In this document: in pieces, positions 34,280-43,456 of the stretch
Numbering within the stretch: position 1 is the first letter of the stretch
Layout of the letters: each line of letters opens with the position of its first letter
NCBI GenBank assembly: GCA_038258365.1
Contig: JBBSPW010000001.1
Span: forward strand, 18,660 to 82,659
DNA: 64,000 nt
Direction of reading: 5' to 3'
DNA from: Burkholderiales bacterium
Lineage (GTDB): Bacteria; Pseudomonadota; Gammaproteobacteria; Burkholderiales; Burkholderiaceae_C
Made by a program: the position numbers and the translations under genes
Notes under the pieces: model-generated
Told to the model about the DNA's origin: nothing
The model's input: the letters and a program-made list of their open reading frames with translations, nothing else
Databases searched by the model: none

Positions 34280-36595
34280 TCAGCGCCCACCGCCGCGGCC
34301 GCCTCGGGAGCCGCCGCCACCCGATCGGTTGCCACCTTTGCGCGGACCACCGCTGCCGGGCCCCTTGCGAAGGAAGGCGTCGCCACCGATGTAGCCCTCG
34401 CCTCCGCCAACGCCTCCACCACCCCGGTTCTTCTTGCCTGCACCGCCACCCCCGCCCGCGTCGCCCGGGCCCTGCCCGCTGCCGCCGGCACCGAAGCCGC
34501 CCGAACCTTTGCCGCCATGCACGAAGCGCCGGTCGTAGGTTTGCTGCAAGGGGTTCGGGATCGGCCCGTCTTCGGGCATGTCGCGCTGCGGCCGCCGGTC
34601 CTGTTGCAGCGCTCGCTTGTCATAGGTTTGCTGTAGCGGGTTAGGAATCGGGCCGTCGTCGCGGTACTCGCGGCGCGGCCCGCGGTCCTGCGCAGCGCGC
34701 CGGTCGAAGGTTTGCATCAGCGGGTTCGGGATTGGGCCGCCGCCGGAGTCGCCTTCGCCACGCGGCGCCCGTTGAGGTTTGGGCGGGCGCGGTGCCGGTT
34801 CCAGACGCTCGGGGCGGTCGGCACGCTCGACGCCGGTGCCTGCGCCCGCACCGGCATCGGCCCGAGGCAGCGGCGCTTCGTCGCCGCGCCGCTTGCCGCC
34901 GCGGCGGTTGCGGCCCTTGCGCGGGCCGTTGTCGCCATCGGCTGCATCGGGCCGGCCGGGGGGGCCACTGCCGGCCCCGTCGTTCTGCGGACGCGGGCCG
35001 CTGGCCAGGCGCCGCAACGCTTTCAGGTCGGCATCGCCCAGATCGACACACACCCCGCGCTTGAGGCCGCGCGGCAGCACCACCGAGCCATAGCGGATGC
35101 GGATCAGACGGCTGACCGCGTGGCCCACGGCTTCGAACAAGCGCCGCACCTCGCGGTTGCGGCCTTCGGTGATGACCACGCGGTACCAGTGGTTGACCCC
35201 TTCACCACCGCCGTCGTCGATGCTCTTGAACGCAGCGCGCTGACCGTCGATCTCCACGCCTTCCAGCAGGCGTTTGCGACTCTCCACATCCAGCACCCCG
35301 AGCGAGCGCACCGCATATTCGCGTTCGACGCCGAAGCGCGGGTGCATCAGCTGGTTGGCCAATTCACCCGAGGTCGTGAACAGCAACAAGCCTTCGGTGT
35401 TGATGTCGAGCCTACCCACCGACTGCCACTTGCCGTGCGCCAGCCGCGGCAAGCGGCGGAACACCGTGGGCCGTTGCTGCGGATCGTCGTGCGTCACCAC
35501 CTCGCCGGCCGGCTTGTGATAGGCCAACACCCGCGGCGGCGGCGGAGCGATGCGAAAGCGCACCGGCTTGCCATCGATCGCGATGCGGTCGCCGAAGGAG
35601 ATTCGCTGGCCGGTGTGGGCGACCTCGTCGTTCACCGTCACCCGGTTGTCGGCAATCATCTGCTCGAGGTCGCGCCTCGAACCGACCCCCGACTGCGCCA
35701 GCACCTTGTGCAGCTTGGGCGCATCCGGGTCCGGTGCCAGCACCCGTCGCGTGATGCCTTCGGCCTCAGAGGTCGAGGGGGCCGCGGCTGCTGCAGATTC
35801 AGCGGCCCGGTCGGTTGCACCGAGTCCTTCGTACTCGACGGGGTTCTCAGAAGCACCCGTTGCATCCGCGTCCTTCTCGTCAGCGATTTCCTCGTGCGCA
35901 CCACCTGCTGCTGCGGCTGCGCCGCCTTCGCTGTCCGCGCCGCCAGCATCCGCCTCGTCGAATCCACCCGAGACCACCAGGGCGAAAAGATCGTCGACCA
36001 CCGGAGCCAAGCGCTGCAGATCTTGCGCGGCGCGATCGGCCTGCGCCGGTCCGCCCTGGCGTGGCACCGAGCTGTCGGACTCGCCCGCCTCGGTGCCTGC
36101 ATCGGCCGCGGCAAGCGGCGCATCCCCGTCACGCGCCCGGTCCCCCCCCCGCCGGCCCCGGCGGCGATTGCGACCGCGCCGGCCGCCTCCCCCGCTGTCG
36201 GCTGATCCGTCTGCCCCGTCTGCCCCATCTGCCCCGTCTGCCGGCCCGTCTGCGGTTCCATTCCCCGCTGCGTTTGCCGGTCCCGCCGAGGCGTCGACAT
36301 TCGAAGCTGCGGGACTTTCGTCGCCCCCAGCAGCTCGCGGAGCGCGCTGTTCTGACTCCGGCTCCGCTTTAGGGGCGTCGAAGCCCCCACTGGGGTGGTC
36401 AGCGGCCGCGTCCGCCACCGGAACCACCGGATCGGTCAACGAACCCCCCTCGGCACCCGCGGCACTCTTGCGCGGTGCGCGCCGTCGCTTCGCAGGCTCG
36501 GCAGGCTCTGCAGGTGAAGCGGCGGGAGCCTTGGAGCCGACCGCGTCGGACTCGAAGCCGGAATCGGGCGAGGGGTCTGCGTCTGATGGGTTCAT
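34280..36595 (-). CDS. rluB: 23S rRNA pseudouridine synthase B with very long disordered N- and C-terminal extensions
   Basis: S4 domain [15 protein letters not shown], catalytic [21 protein letters not shown]; follows scpB. Confidence 0.93.
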   Translation of the reverse strand: MNPSDADPSPDSGFESDAVGSKAPAASPAEPAEPAKRRRAPRKSAAGAEGGSLTDPVVPVADAAADHPSGGFDAPKAEPESEQRAPRAAGGDESPAASNVDASAGPANAAGNGTADGPADGADGADGADGSADSGGGGRRGRNRRRGRRGGDRARDGDAPLAAADAGTEAGESDSSVPRQGGPAQADRAAQDLQRLAPVVDDLFALVVSGGFDEADAGGADSEGGAAAAAGGAHEEIADEKDADATGASENPVEYEGLGATDRAAESAAAAAPSTSEAEGITRRVLAPDPDAPKLHKVLAQSGVGSRRDLEQMIADNRVTVNDEVAHTGQRISFGDRIAIDGKPVRFRIAPPPPRVLAYHKPAGEVVTHDDPQQRPTVFRRLPRLAHGKWQSVGRLDINTEGLLLFTTSGELANQLMHPRFGVEREYAVRSLGVLDVESRKRLLEGVEIDGQRAAFKSIDDGGGEGVNHWYRVVITEGRNREVRRLFEAVGHAVSRLIRIRYGSVVLPRGLKRGVCVDLGDADLKALRRLASGPRPQNDGAGSGPPGRPDAADGDNGPRKGRNRRGGKRRGDEAPLPRADAGAGAGTGVERADRPERLEPAPRPPKPQRAPRGEGDSGGGPIPNPLMQTFDRRAAQDRGPRREYRDDGPIPNPLQQTYDKRALQQDRRPQRDMPEDGPIPNPLQQTYDRRFVHGGKGSGGFGAGGSGQGPGDAGGGGGAGKKNRGGGGVGGGEGYIGGDAFLRKGPGSGGPRKGGNRSGGGGSRGGRGGGR
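34525..34740 (-). repeat. Three in-frame copies of GPIPNPL(M/Q)QT(F/Y)D(R/K)R in the RluB tail
   Basis: Visible in the translation at 28-29 aa spacing; DNA copies differ at synonymous sites. Confidence 0.9.
36208..36255. repeat. 9-nt tandem repeat (CCGTCTGCC)x4-5 encoding ADG repeats
   Basis: ccgtctgcc ccgtctgcc ccatctgcc ccgtctgcc ggc ccgtctgcg. Confidence 0.85.
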
Positions 36596-37260
36596 GCGTT
36601 CGGGTCGGTGGGGGGTGGTGAATCGGGGTTCGCACTGTTCGCTGCATCGGCTGCCGCCTGAGCATCCAGCGCCAATTGGCCCTGCCCGTCGCCCAACAGC
36701 GATGGCAGGTTTTCAAATGCAGCCAGGGCCTGTGCGCCGTGGATGTCGTCGGTGCCGTCGATCGGTGGCAGTTGGTCCAGACTGTTGAGCCCCAGATCGT
36801 CGAGGAAACGACGCGAGGTGGCATACAAGGCCGGGCGCCCAGGCGCCTCGCGGTAGCCGATGGCATCGATCCAGCCGCGATCTTCCAGCTGCTTGACGAT
36901 CTGGCTGCTGACCGTGACACCGCGGATGTCCTCAATGTCGCCGCGGGTGACCGGTTGCCGGTAGGCAACGATGGCCAGTGTTTCCATCGCCGCACGCGAA
37001 TAACGGGGCGGCTTTTCGGGATGCATGCGGTCGAGATACACCCGCATCTCGGGTCGGCTTTGGAAACGCCAGCCACTGGACAGCGCCACCAGCTCGACCC
37101 CGCGATCGTGCCACTCGGTTGCGAGATCGTTCAGCAGATCGCGCAGCGTGTCGGCACCGACTTCACCGTCGAACAACGCCCGCATTTCTGACAATGCAAG
37201 CGGCGCCGCGGCGCAGATCAACGCTGTCTCGAGCACACGGTGAGCTTCGGTGGTGTTCAT
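36592..37260 (-). CDS. scpB: SMC-Scp complex subunit ScpB
   Basis: [33 protein letters not shown]. Confidence 0.95.
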   Translation of the reverse strand: MNTTEAHRVLETALICAAAPLALSEMRALFDGEVGADTLRDLLNDLATEWHDRGVELVALSSGWRFQSRPEMRVYLDRMHPEKPPRYSRAAMETLAIVAYRQPVTRGDIEDIRGVTVSSQIVKQLEDRGWIDAIGYREAPGRPALYATSRRFLDDLGLNSLDQLPPIDGTDDIHGAQALAAFENLPSLLGDGQGQLALDAQAAADAANSANPDSPPPTDPNA

Positions 37261-37590
37261 GGCCTGAGCCTGAAACGGTGGCCCCGCCGGAGCGGTGGCC
37301 TGGGTAGAAATCGGGGCCGGTCCGCAAAGGGCCAGGGCCAGCGCGGCGGAGTCGGCACGGTCCGGCCGAGCCGGTAAGGAGCATCACATCGGAGCGGGTG
37401 CGCCATCCAACGAAGGCATTCACTGCGCGGCCGTCACCCTCGCGGGTTGCCATCTGCAGAGCCTCAATGGCATGCCGGTCGACATCCGCTTCGGCATCGA
37501 TGCACTTCCGGGTGCTCTCAGCGGATGGGCGGGCCGGGACCAGCCCGGCTTGTCGAGCCGACGGCGGCCCTGCGTGGAACGCGATTGTAG
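37261..37590 (-). ncRNA. Candidate structured 5' leader or ncRNA upstream of scpB
   Basis: TACAAT -10 at 37584-37589; several hairpins including CATCCGCT/AGCGGATG and ACCC-GCGA-GGGT; no convincing ORF. Confidence 0.4.
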
Positions 37591-37643
37591 CGACGCGGTG
37601 CCGTGGGGTCTCAGCGGCCTTTTGCAAAACACCCGCAGCGTCG

Positions 37644-38654
37644 TCAGGCGACCACACCCAACTGGCGCCAGGCCTCCCGCAAGTCGCCGGGCAGCGGGGC
37701 CGAGAACGTCAGCGGCGCGCGGGTCAGGGGATGCGCCAGCTGCAACTCGGTGGCATGCAGCGCTTGCCGGATCAGCCCCAGCGCGGGGCGGCCGCCGTAC
37801 ACCGCGTCGGCAACCAGCGGATGCCCGATCGATGCAAGATGAACGCGGATCTGGTGCGTACGACCGGTGTGCAAGGTGCAGCTCAATGCGCTGATGCCGT
37901 CGTCGGAAGCCAGCCACTGCACGTCGGTGCGCGAAGCCTTGCCGCCGGCGACCACGGCCATGCGCACCCGCACCCGCGGGTCGCGGCCGATCGGCGAGTC
38001 GATGCGGAAGCTGCTGCCGAACTTGCTGCTGTCAGGCTCGCCGTGCACCAGCGCCAGGTACCTGCGGTGCACCTGCCGCAGGCCGATGTCGCGCACCAGC
38101 GCGGTCACACCGGCCAGCGAGCGGCCGACCATCATCAAGCCCGATGTGTCCTTGTCCAGGCGGTGAACGATGCCGGCGCGTGGCAGTTGAGCCGCGTCGG
38201 GATGGCGCGCCAGCAAGCCGTTCAACAAAGTGCCCGACCAGTTGCCCGGTGCCGGATGCACGACAAGGCCGGCGGGCTTGTCCAGCACCAGCAGGTGCTC
38301 GTCTTCGTGCAGCACCGACAGCGCCATCGGTTCCGGTTTGAAGGCAAGGCTCTCTTCCGTCGGCACCAGGGCGAGCTGCACGTTCTGCCCTGCCTTGACG
38401 CGCTGCGACGACACGCCCGCCACGCGCCCTTCGAGCTGAACATGACCCGCTTGCAGCAGATGCTGCAGGTGGCTGCGAGAAAACTCCGGGGCCAGGGTAA
38501 CCAGCAACTTGTCGAGCCGCTGGCCATGCATCGCCAATGGCACGCGGCCGATTCGCAACTCCGCGGGCGTGTCGGCCGCAAGCTCCGACAACCCGGTTTC
38601 GGCGTCGCCATCGGGGGTCGGGGGGGTTTCTATAATCTGGCGTTTTTCACCCAC
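37644..38654 (-). CDS. rluD: RluA-family pseudouridine synthase (RluD)
   Basis: S4-like QRLDKLL, DKPAGLVVHP, HRLDKDTSG, GRTHQIRVH; divergent from bamD; start uncertain (GTG 38654). Confidence 0.93.
   Translation of the reverse strand: MGEKRQIIETPPTPDGDAETGLSELAADTPAELRIGRVPLAMHGQRLDKLLVTLAPEFSRSHLQHLLQAGHVQLEGRVAGVSSQRVKAGQNVQLALVPTEESLAFKPEPMALSVLHEDEHLLVLDKPAGLVVHPAPGNWSGTLLNGLLARHPDAAQLPRAGIVHRLDKDTSGLMMVGRSLAGVTALVRDIGLRQVHRRYLALVHGEPDSSKFGSSFRIDSPIGRDPRVRVRMAVVAGGKASRTDVQWLASDDGISALSCTLHTGRTHQIRVHLASIGHPLVADAVYGGRPALGLIRQALHATELQLAHPLTRAPLTFSAPLPGDLREAWRQLGVVA
38631..38636 (+). promoter_or_regulatory. Consensus -10 (TATAAT) for bamD, embedded in the rluD 5' coding region
   Basis: Perfect TATAAT in GC-rich DNA, 30 nt upstream of the bamD ATG. 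Confidence 0.6.
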
Positions 38655-38665
38655 CGGGCACTCTA

Positions 38666-39526
38666 TTGAAGATGCACAAGCGATCCGCTCGCGAGTCCGG
38701 GCGCAAGCCCTGCCGCACCGCTGCACAACGCCGGCTGTTGGCTGCCGGCGCGCTGCTGGCACTGAGCCTACAGCTGGTGGGTTGCGCAACCGAGCCGAAG
38801 AACGAAAGCGCGTCTACGACGGCCGACCGATTGTATCGAGACGCCCGCGACGACATGGACGCCGGCAGCAACGAGCGCGCGATCAAGACCTTGGAGCGGG
38901 TCGAAGGCCTGGCGGCGGGATCGCTGCTGGCGCAGCAAGCGCAACTGGAAGCGGCGTACCTGAACTGGCGCATCGGCGAGCGGGCTCAGGCCCTGACCAC
39001 GGTCGAACGCTTCATCAAACTCAATCCGTCGAGCCCTGCGTTGGACTATGCGCTGTACTTGCGCGGGGTCATCAACTTCACTGACAACCTCGGGATTTTC
39101 GGCAGCACCTTCGGGCAACAGCTGTCCGAACGCGACCAGAGGGCCGCACGCGATTCGTACCAGGCCTTCAAGCAATTGGTCGATCAGTTTCCGAATTCGC
39201 GGTACACGGCCGATGCGCGCCAGCGGATGGCCTTCATCGTCAGCTCGCTCGCACAGTACGAAGTGCATGTGGCGCGTTACTACCTGCGTCGGGGCGCTTA
39301 CCTGGCGGCTGCCAACCGTGCGCAGGCCACCATCAACGAGTTTCAGTATTCGCCTTCGGTCGAGGAAGCGCTGTCGATCTTGGTGCAGAGCTACGACAAG
39401 CTGGAGCTGCCCCAGTTGCGCGACGACGCGGCTCGCGTGCTGGCCAAGAGCTTCCCCGACAGCAAGTACCTGGGCGGAAGCGGTGTGGCGTCGGTCGATG
39501 GCAGGCCGTGGTGGAAATTCTGGTGA
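38666..39526 (+). CDS. bamD: Outer membrane assembly lipoprotein BamD
   Basis: Lipobox LVGC, TPRs, FKQLVDQFPNSRY, LAAANRAQ. Confidence 0.96.
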   Translation: MKMHKRSARESGRKPCRTAAQRRLLAAGALLALSLQLVGCATEPKNESASTTADRLYRDARDDMDAGSNERAIKTLERVEGLAAGSLLAQQAQLEAAYLNWRIGERAQALTTVERFIKLNPSSPALDYALYLRGVINFTDNLGIFGSTFGQQLSERDQRAARDSYQAFKQLVDQFPNSRYTADARQRMAFIVSSLAQYEVHVARYYLRRGAYLAAANRAQATINEFQYSPSVEEALSILVQSYDKLELPQLRDDAARVLAKSFPDSKYLGGSGVASVDGRPWWKFW

Positions 39527-39545
39527 ACCTGGACCGCGGCATGGC

Positions 39546-41588
39546 TCAATGCGCCAGCGCCAGTTCCTGCAGCCACGCGATTGCGGCTTCCTCTTCGTCC
39601 AGCAGCGCCATCGGCGGCAATGCCGCGATCAAGCGCCTTCCGTAAGCCATCTGCCGCAGGCGCGGGTCGCAAACCACCAGCAAACCGCGATCGGTTTCGG
39701 TGCGGATCAGCCGCCCGGCGCCCTGCTTGATGGCGATCGCCGCTTCGGCCACGAAGTAATCATCGAAGGGGTTGCGCCCTTGCGCTCGCAGTTGTCGAAC
39801 GCGGGCTTCGACCAGCGGATCGTTCGGCGGCGGAAACGGCAGTTTGTCGATCACGACGCACTGCAAGGCATCACCCGGCATATCGATGCCTTCCCAGAAG
39901 CTCTGCGATCCGACCAGGACCGAGTTGCGGCCATCGCCATAGCGCTGGAGCAGCGCGCGGCGCGGCTCGGTGCCTTGCACCAGCACCCGCAGGTCGTGAC
40001 CGGCGGCCGCAGCCTGCGCCCGGATCGCATCGGCGATCAGTTGCAACGCCCGCAGCGTGGTGGTGAGCACGAAGGTGCGGCCATGCAGCGCTGCAGCGCA
40101 GCGCCCAGCCAACGCACCGACCGCGGCCGGATGCCCGGCTGCGTTCGGCAATGGCATCCGCGGCGGCACCAAGACGCGCGCGTTGGCGGGGTAGTCGAAA
40201 GGGCTGCCGACCCGCAGCCGGCTCGCATCTTCCAAGCCGGTGGTGCTGGTGAACCAGCTCAGCGCTTCGTCATCGCCCAAGGTGGCCGAGGTGAAGATCC
40301 AGGCCCGCGGCGACTGGTCGCGCTGGCTGCGCAACATCTCGCGGATGTCCAGCGGCGACTCCACCAGCCGCGCTTGCTGCGTCGTCAGGTCGATCCACCG
40401 CACATGGTCGGGGGCGGTCTCGAGCGCGAAGCGGTCGGCCATCGAGGCCAGCAGCCGAGCGCGCTGCTCCAGCTTGGGCAATTCGGGTGAGGTCTCGGCC
40501 ACGGCTCCCAACGCATCGGCCGCTGCCCCTGCGGCTTCGGACAACGCGGCCAGCGGCTCAGTCAACAGCTCGGCCCTGGACTCCCAACGCAGCTTGCTCG
40601 CAAGGCGTGGCTCGCGGCCTTCGGCAGCGGCCGCCGCACCGCCCGCGCAGGCGAGTCGCAACTCCTGGGCAGCGTTCTCGATGGCGGACTGGATGTCGTG
40701 CCAGGGCCGCAAACCGCGGGCATGTTGCAGGCCGGCTGCCTTGATGTCGCGGCCCAGGTCGATCGCTTGTCCGGTCGCGAGCATCGTGCCGAGGAATTGA
40801 ACCCCCGCTTCGACCAGTTGATGGGCTTCGTCGAACACCGCTGCATCCACGGTCGGCAGCAACTCGGCCACGCCGCTGTCGCGCAACGAGAGGTCGGCAA
40901 AGAACAGATGGTGGTTGACAACGACCAGGTCGGCCGCCATCGCCTCGCGGCGGGCCTGCATCACATGGCAGGCGCGGTACTCGCTGCATTCGCTGCCGAG
41001 GCAGTTGTCGCGGGTCGATGTGACCAGGGGGATCACGGGCGAGCGGTCATCCAGCCCCTCGATCTCGGCCAGGTCGCCGCTGCGGGTGGCGGTGGCCCAG
41101 GTGCTCACGCGCTGCAAGGCGCGCATCAGGAAACGGTCGGTTGCCTGCGAGCCCGGCAAGGCGCCAAGCTGCGCTTGCTGCAAACGCCAGCGGCACAGGT
41201 AGCTGGCGCGGCCCTTCAGCAGCGCCAGCCGCGCCGGCACTTTCAACGCCTGCGCCAGGCGCGGCAGGTCACGCAGGAATAGCTGGTCCTGCAATGATTT
41301 GGTGGCTGTGCTGACCAGCGCGCGCCGCCCCGACAGCAACAGTGGCACCAGATAAGCGAAGGTCTTGCCGACACCGGTGCCGGCCTCTGCCACCAGAGTT
41401 TCTCGCCCGGCAACGGCTTCGGCGATGCGCTGCGCAAGCAGGTCCTGCTGCGGCCGCGGCATGAAACCGGGCTCGCTGCGGGCGATCGGGCCATCGACCG
41501 CAAAGGCGTGGGCGACAGCCGCTGCGAGCGCAGTGCGTGGGTCGTGCGCCTCGGCCGCGTCAACCGCGTCGCCGGCGTTGGCTGTCAT
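39546..41588 (-). CDS. yoaA: DinG/XPD-family Fe-S helicase (YoaA-like)
   Basis: EAGTGVGKT Walker A, Fe-S cysteines (CRW...CLGSEC...C), DEAH, QGAGRLIR. Confidence 0.88.
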   Translation of the reverse strand: MTANAGDAVDAAEAHDPRTALAAAVAHAFAVDGPIARSEPGFMPRPQQDLLAQRIAEAVAGRETLVAEAGTGVGKTFAYLVPLLLSGRRALVSTATKSLQDQLFLRDLPRLAQALKVPARLALLKGRASYLCRWRLQQAQLGALPGSQATDRFLMRALQRVSTWATATRSGDLAEIEGLDDRSPVIPLVTSTRDNCLGSECSEYRACHVMQARREAMAADLVVVNHHLFFADLSLRDSGVAELLPTVDAAVFDEAHQLVEAGVQFLGTMLATGQAIDLGRDIKAAGLQHARGLRPWHDIQSAIENAAQELRLACAGGAAAAAEGREPRLASKLRWESRAELLTEPLAALSEAAGAAADALGAVAETSPELPKLEQRARLLASMADRFALETAPDHVRWIDLTTQQARLVESPLDIREMLRSQRDQSPRAWIFTSATLGDDEALSWFTSTTGLEDASRLRVGSPFDYPANARVLVPPRMPLPNAAGHPAAVGALAGRCAAALHGRTFVLTTTLRALQLIADAIRAQAAAAGHDLRVLVQGTEPRRALLQRYGDGRNSVLVGSQSFWEGIDMPGDALQCVVIDKLPFPPPNDPLVEARVRQLRAQGRNPFDDYFVAEAAIAIKQGAGRLIRTETDRGLLVVCDPRLRQMAYGRRLIAALPPMALLDEEEAAIAWLQELALAH

Positions 41589-41598
41589 GGCAACGCAC

Positions 41599-41802
41599 TC
41601 AAGCGGGCTCGTTCGGCTGCAATTGCAGCTCGAGTTGCGCGATCTGGTCTCGCAACACCAGCCGCCGCTTCTTCAAGCGTCGCAGCACCAGGTCGTCGGA
41701 CGGCAGGGCGGCGGGGCTGCGGTCGATCAGGTCGTCCAGATCGGCGTGGGCCATGCGCAACTCGATCAGGTGGCGGTGTGGGGAATGCAGGTTCTCGTCC
41801 AT
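41599..41802 (-). CDS. DUF465/YdcH family small coiled-coil protein
   Basis: LIELRMAHADLDDLID...LRRLKKRRLVLRDQI pattern. Confidence 0.85.
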   Translation of the reverse strand: MDENLHSPHRHLIELRMAHADLDDLIDRSPAALPSDDLVLRRLKKRRLVLRDQIAQLELQLQPNEPA

Positions 41803-41845
41803 TGCTGCACGGCCCGGGGATGGAGTGAGGCTTATATTCTTGTCG

Positions 41846-42613
41846 ATGATCGCCGTTGCCCCGAGTTTCAGATTCAGCGCCGCCACCGGCCTGCACCGCG
41901 GCGACCGTGCGTACCAGCAAGACCAGGTCGAGATCATCGCCCACCCGCGGATCAAGGGCTCGGTGATGGGCATCGTGGCCGACGGCATGGGCGGCAAGAG
42001 CGGCGGGCGCAAGGCGGCCGACCAGGTGCTGCTGACCGGGCGACAGGTGTTCGAGCGCTTCGTGCCGGGCAGCGACGATGGTGCCGAGATGTTGCGCCAG
42101 GTGGTGATGGAATCGCACCTGATGATCAAGCTGACAGCGATCACCTCTGAAGAGGAGCCGCACAGCACCGTCGCCGCATTCTGCGTGGCGCCCGATCTGT
42201 CCTGCGAGGTGGCGCATGCGGGCGATTCGCGGGTCTACCACTTTCGCGGCACCGAGCTGTTGCGCCGCACGGTCGACCATTCCTTTGTGCAGCGCCTGAT
42301 CGACGACGGCAAGATCACCGAAGAAGCCGCCAATACCCATCCGCAGTCGAATCTGTTGACCGGCTGCCTGGGCACCCATGCCGAGCCCCCGGTGGCGCTG
42401 TGGCACATCGACCGGCTGGAGATGGGCGACACCCTGCTGGCCTGCAGCGACGGGTTGTGGCACTACTTCACGCCCAAGGAAATAGGCGCCATCCTGCATG
42501 CGCTGCCGCCGCGCGAAGCCAGCGAGATGCTGATCGGCAAGGCCCGCCAGCGCGCGCGTGGCGGCGGCGACAACCTGTCGCTGGCGCTGGCGCGGGTCGA
42601 TCCTTTGCGCTGA
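41846..42613 (+). CDS. PP2C-family Ser/Thr phosphatase
   Basis: GDRAYQQD, VADGMGG, AHAGDSRVY, LACSDGLW, GGDNLS; TATATT -10 at 41833-41838. Confidence 0.92.
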   Translation: MIAVAPSFRFSAATGLHRGDRAYQQDQVEIIAHPRIKGSVMGIVADGMGGKSGGRKAADQVLLTGRQVFERFVPGSDDGAEMLRQVVMESHLMIKLTAITSEEEPHSTVAAFCVAPDLSCEVAHAGDSRVYHFRGTELLRRTVDHSFVQRLIDDGKITEEAANTHPQSNLLTGCLGTHAEPPVALWHIDRLEMGDTLLACSDGLWHYFTPKEIGAILHALPPREASEMLIGKARQRARGGGDNLSLALARVDPLR

Positions 42614-42673
42614 GCGGCTGCGACTGCAGCCAGCTCGGGACTGGCCTCGGCCTCGGCCTTGTCCTTTCCCCGG

Positions 42674-43456
42674 TCAAGAACGGGCATCTGTTGCAGACGC
42701 ACCTGCGGGCAACGGCGGCGCCTTCAAAGGCATCTGCGAAGGCACCGGCAGCGGCGCCGCAGCCGGCCGGCCGCGAGCAGCTTGTTCGGCCTGGCGTTTC
42801 GCGATACGTGTCCGCACGGCCTCGGCTTGCTCGGCACGCGCTCTCGCAGCCCGCACCCGCGCAGCAGCGTCCGCAGCATCCTCGTCGCGCTGGACATCGC
42901 GATCGCGCTGGTGCCGCGCAGCAGCGCCGCGGGCTTCGCCTTCGGCCTCAATGCGCGCGGCTTCCAGCGTTGCAGCATCGGGCCTGGATGCGGCCGGTGC
43001 CGATGGGCTGGCTTCGGCAGCGCGGCCGCGGCCCGCCAATGGACCATGGGGCTTTCGCAGCCGCAGGTCGGTCGGCGGCGCCGAAGCCGCGGGTGCAGCC
43101 GAAGCGCGTGCCTTGTCGGCAATCGTCTGCCGGCGCACCGCGGCCTTGCGTTCACGCTCGGCATCGTCGAGCCGAAGCTGGCGCTCGCGCAGCGGCTTCG
43201 ATGCCGCGCGGTGGCGGCGCTGTGCCTCGGCCAAGCAGTCGCTGACGGCGAAACGGGTGCGGCAACCCTGCGTCTCGGCAGCAAGGCGCATGTCCAGATC
43301 GCGTTGTTGGCGGTCGATCAACACCTGCTCGTCGGTGGGGGCCTCCGCCGACGTCGCAGGCGGAAGCAGCAGCCATCCGAAGGCGCATAGGGCGGCAGTG
43401 AAGCGCCGCGCAACGCGACACAGATCCAACCAGACTCGGGGCGACGCGTTCGCCAT
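42674..43456 (-). CDS. Hypothetical exported Ala/Arg-rich coiled-coil protein with a CX8C motif
   Basis: Signal-peptide-like N-terminus, GCRTRFAVSDC; TGATG coupling to the zapE stop. Confidence 0.7.
   Translation of the reverse strand: MANASPRVWLDLCRVARRFTAALCAFGWLLLPPATSAEAPTDEQVLIDRQQRDLDMRLAAETQGCRTRFAVSDCLAEAQRRHRAASKPLRERQLRLDDAERERKAAVRRQTIADKARASAAPAASAPPTDLRLRKPHGPLAGRGRAAEASPSAPAASRPDAATLEAARIEAEGEARGAAARHQRDRDVQRDEDAADAAARVRAARARAEQAEAVRTRIAKRQAEQAARGRPAAAPLPVPSQMPLKAPPLPAGASATDARS

Noticed and set aside
34525-34740. Three ~42-nt repeats at ~87-nt spacing, superficially array-like
   Set aside because: Not CRISPR: they are in-frame in rluB, vary at synonymous positions, are not palindromic, and there are no cas genes. 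Kept as a protein motif finding.
37490-37545. CTGAGA...ACCC resemblance to a TPP riboswitch in the scpB leader
   Set aside because: The downstream ACCTGAT...GCGxAGGGA core is missing and no thiamine genes follow.
37163-37657. 164-aa minus-strand ORF spanning the scpB leader
   Set aside because: It overlaps both rluD and scpB in a different frame, starts upstream of the putative promoter, has no SD, and its third-position GC looks weaker than in true genes. It cannot be fully excluded without ribosome profiling.
41800-41850. Expected SOS (LexA) box upstream of the YoaA/DinG helicase
   Set aside because: No CTGT-N8-ACAG is present. The CTGT half-sites after tRNA-Leu are direct repeats, not an inverted pair.
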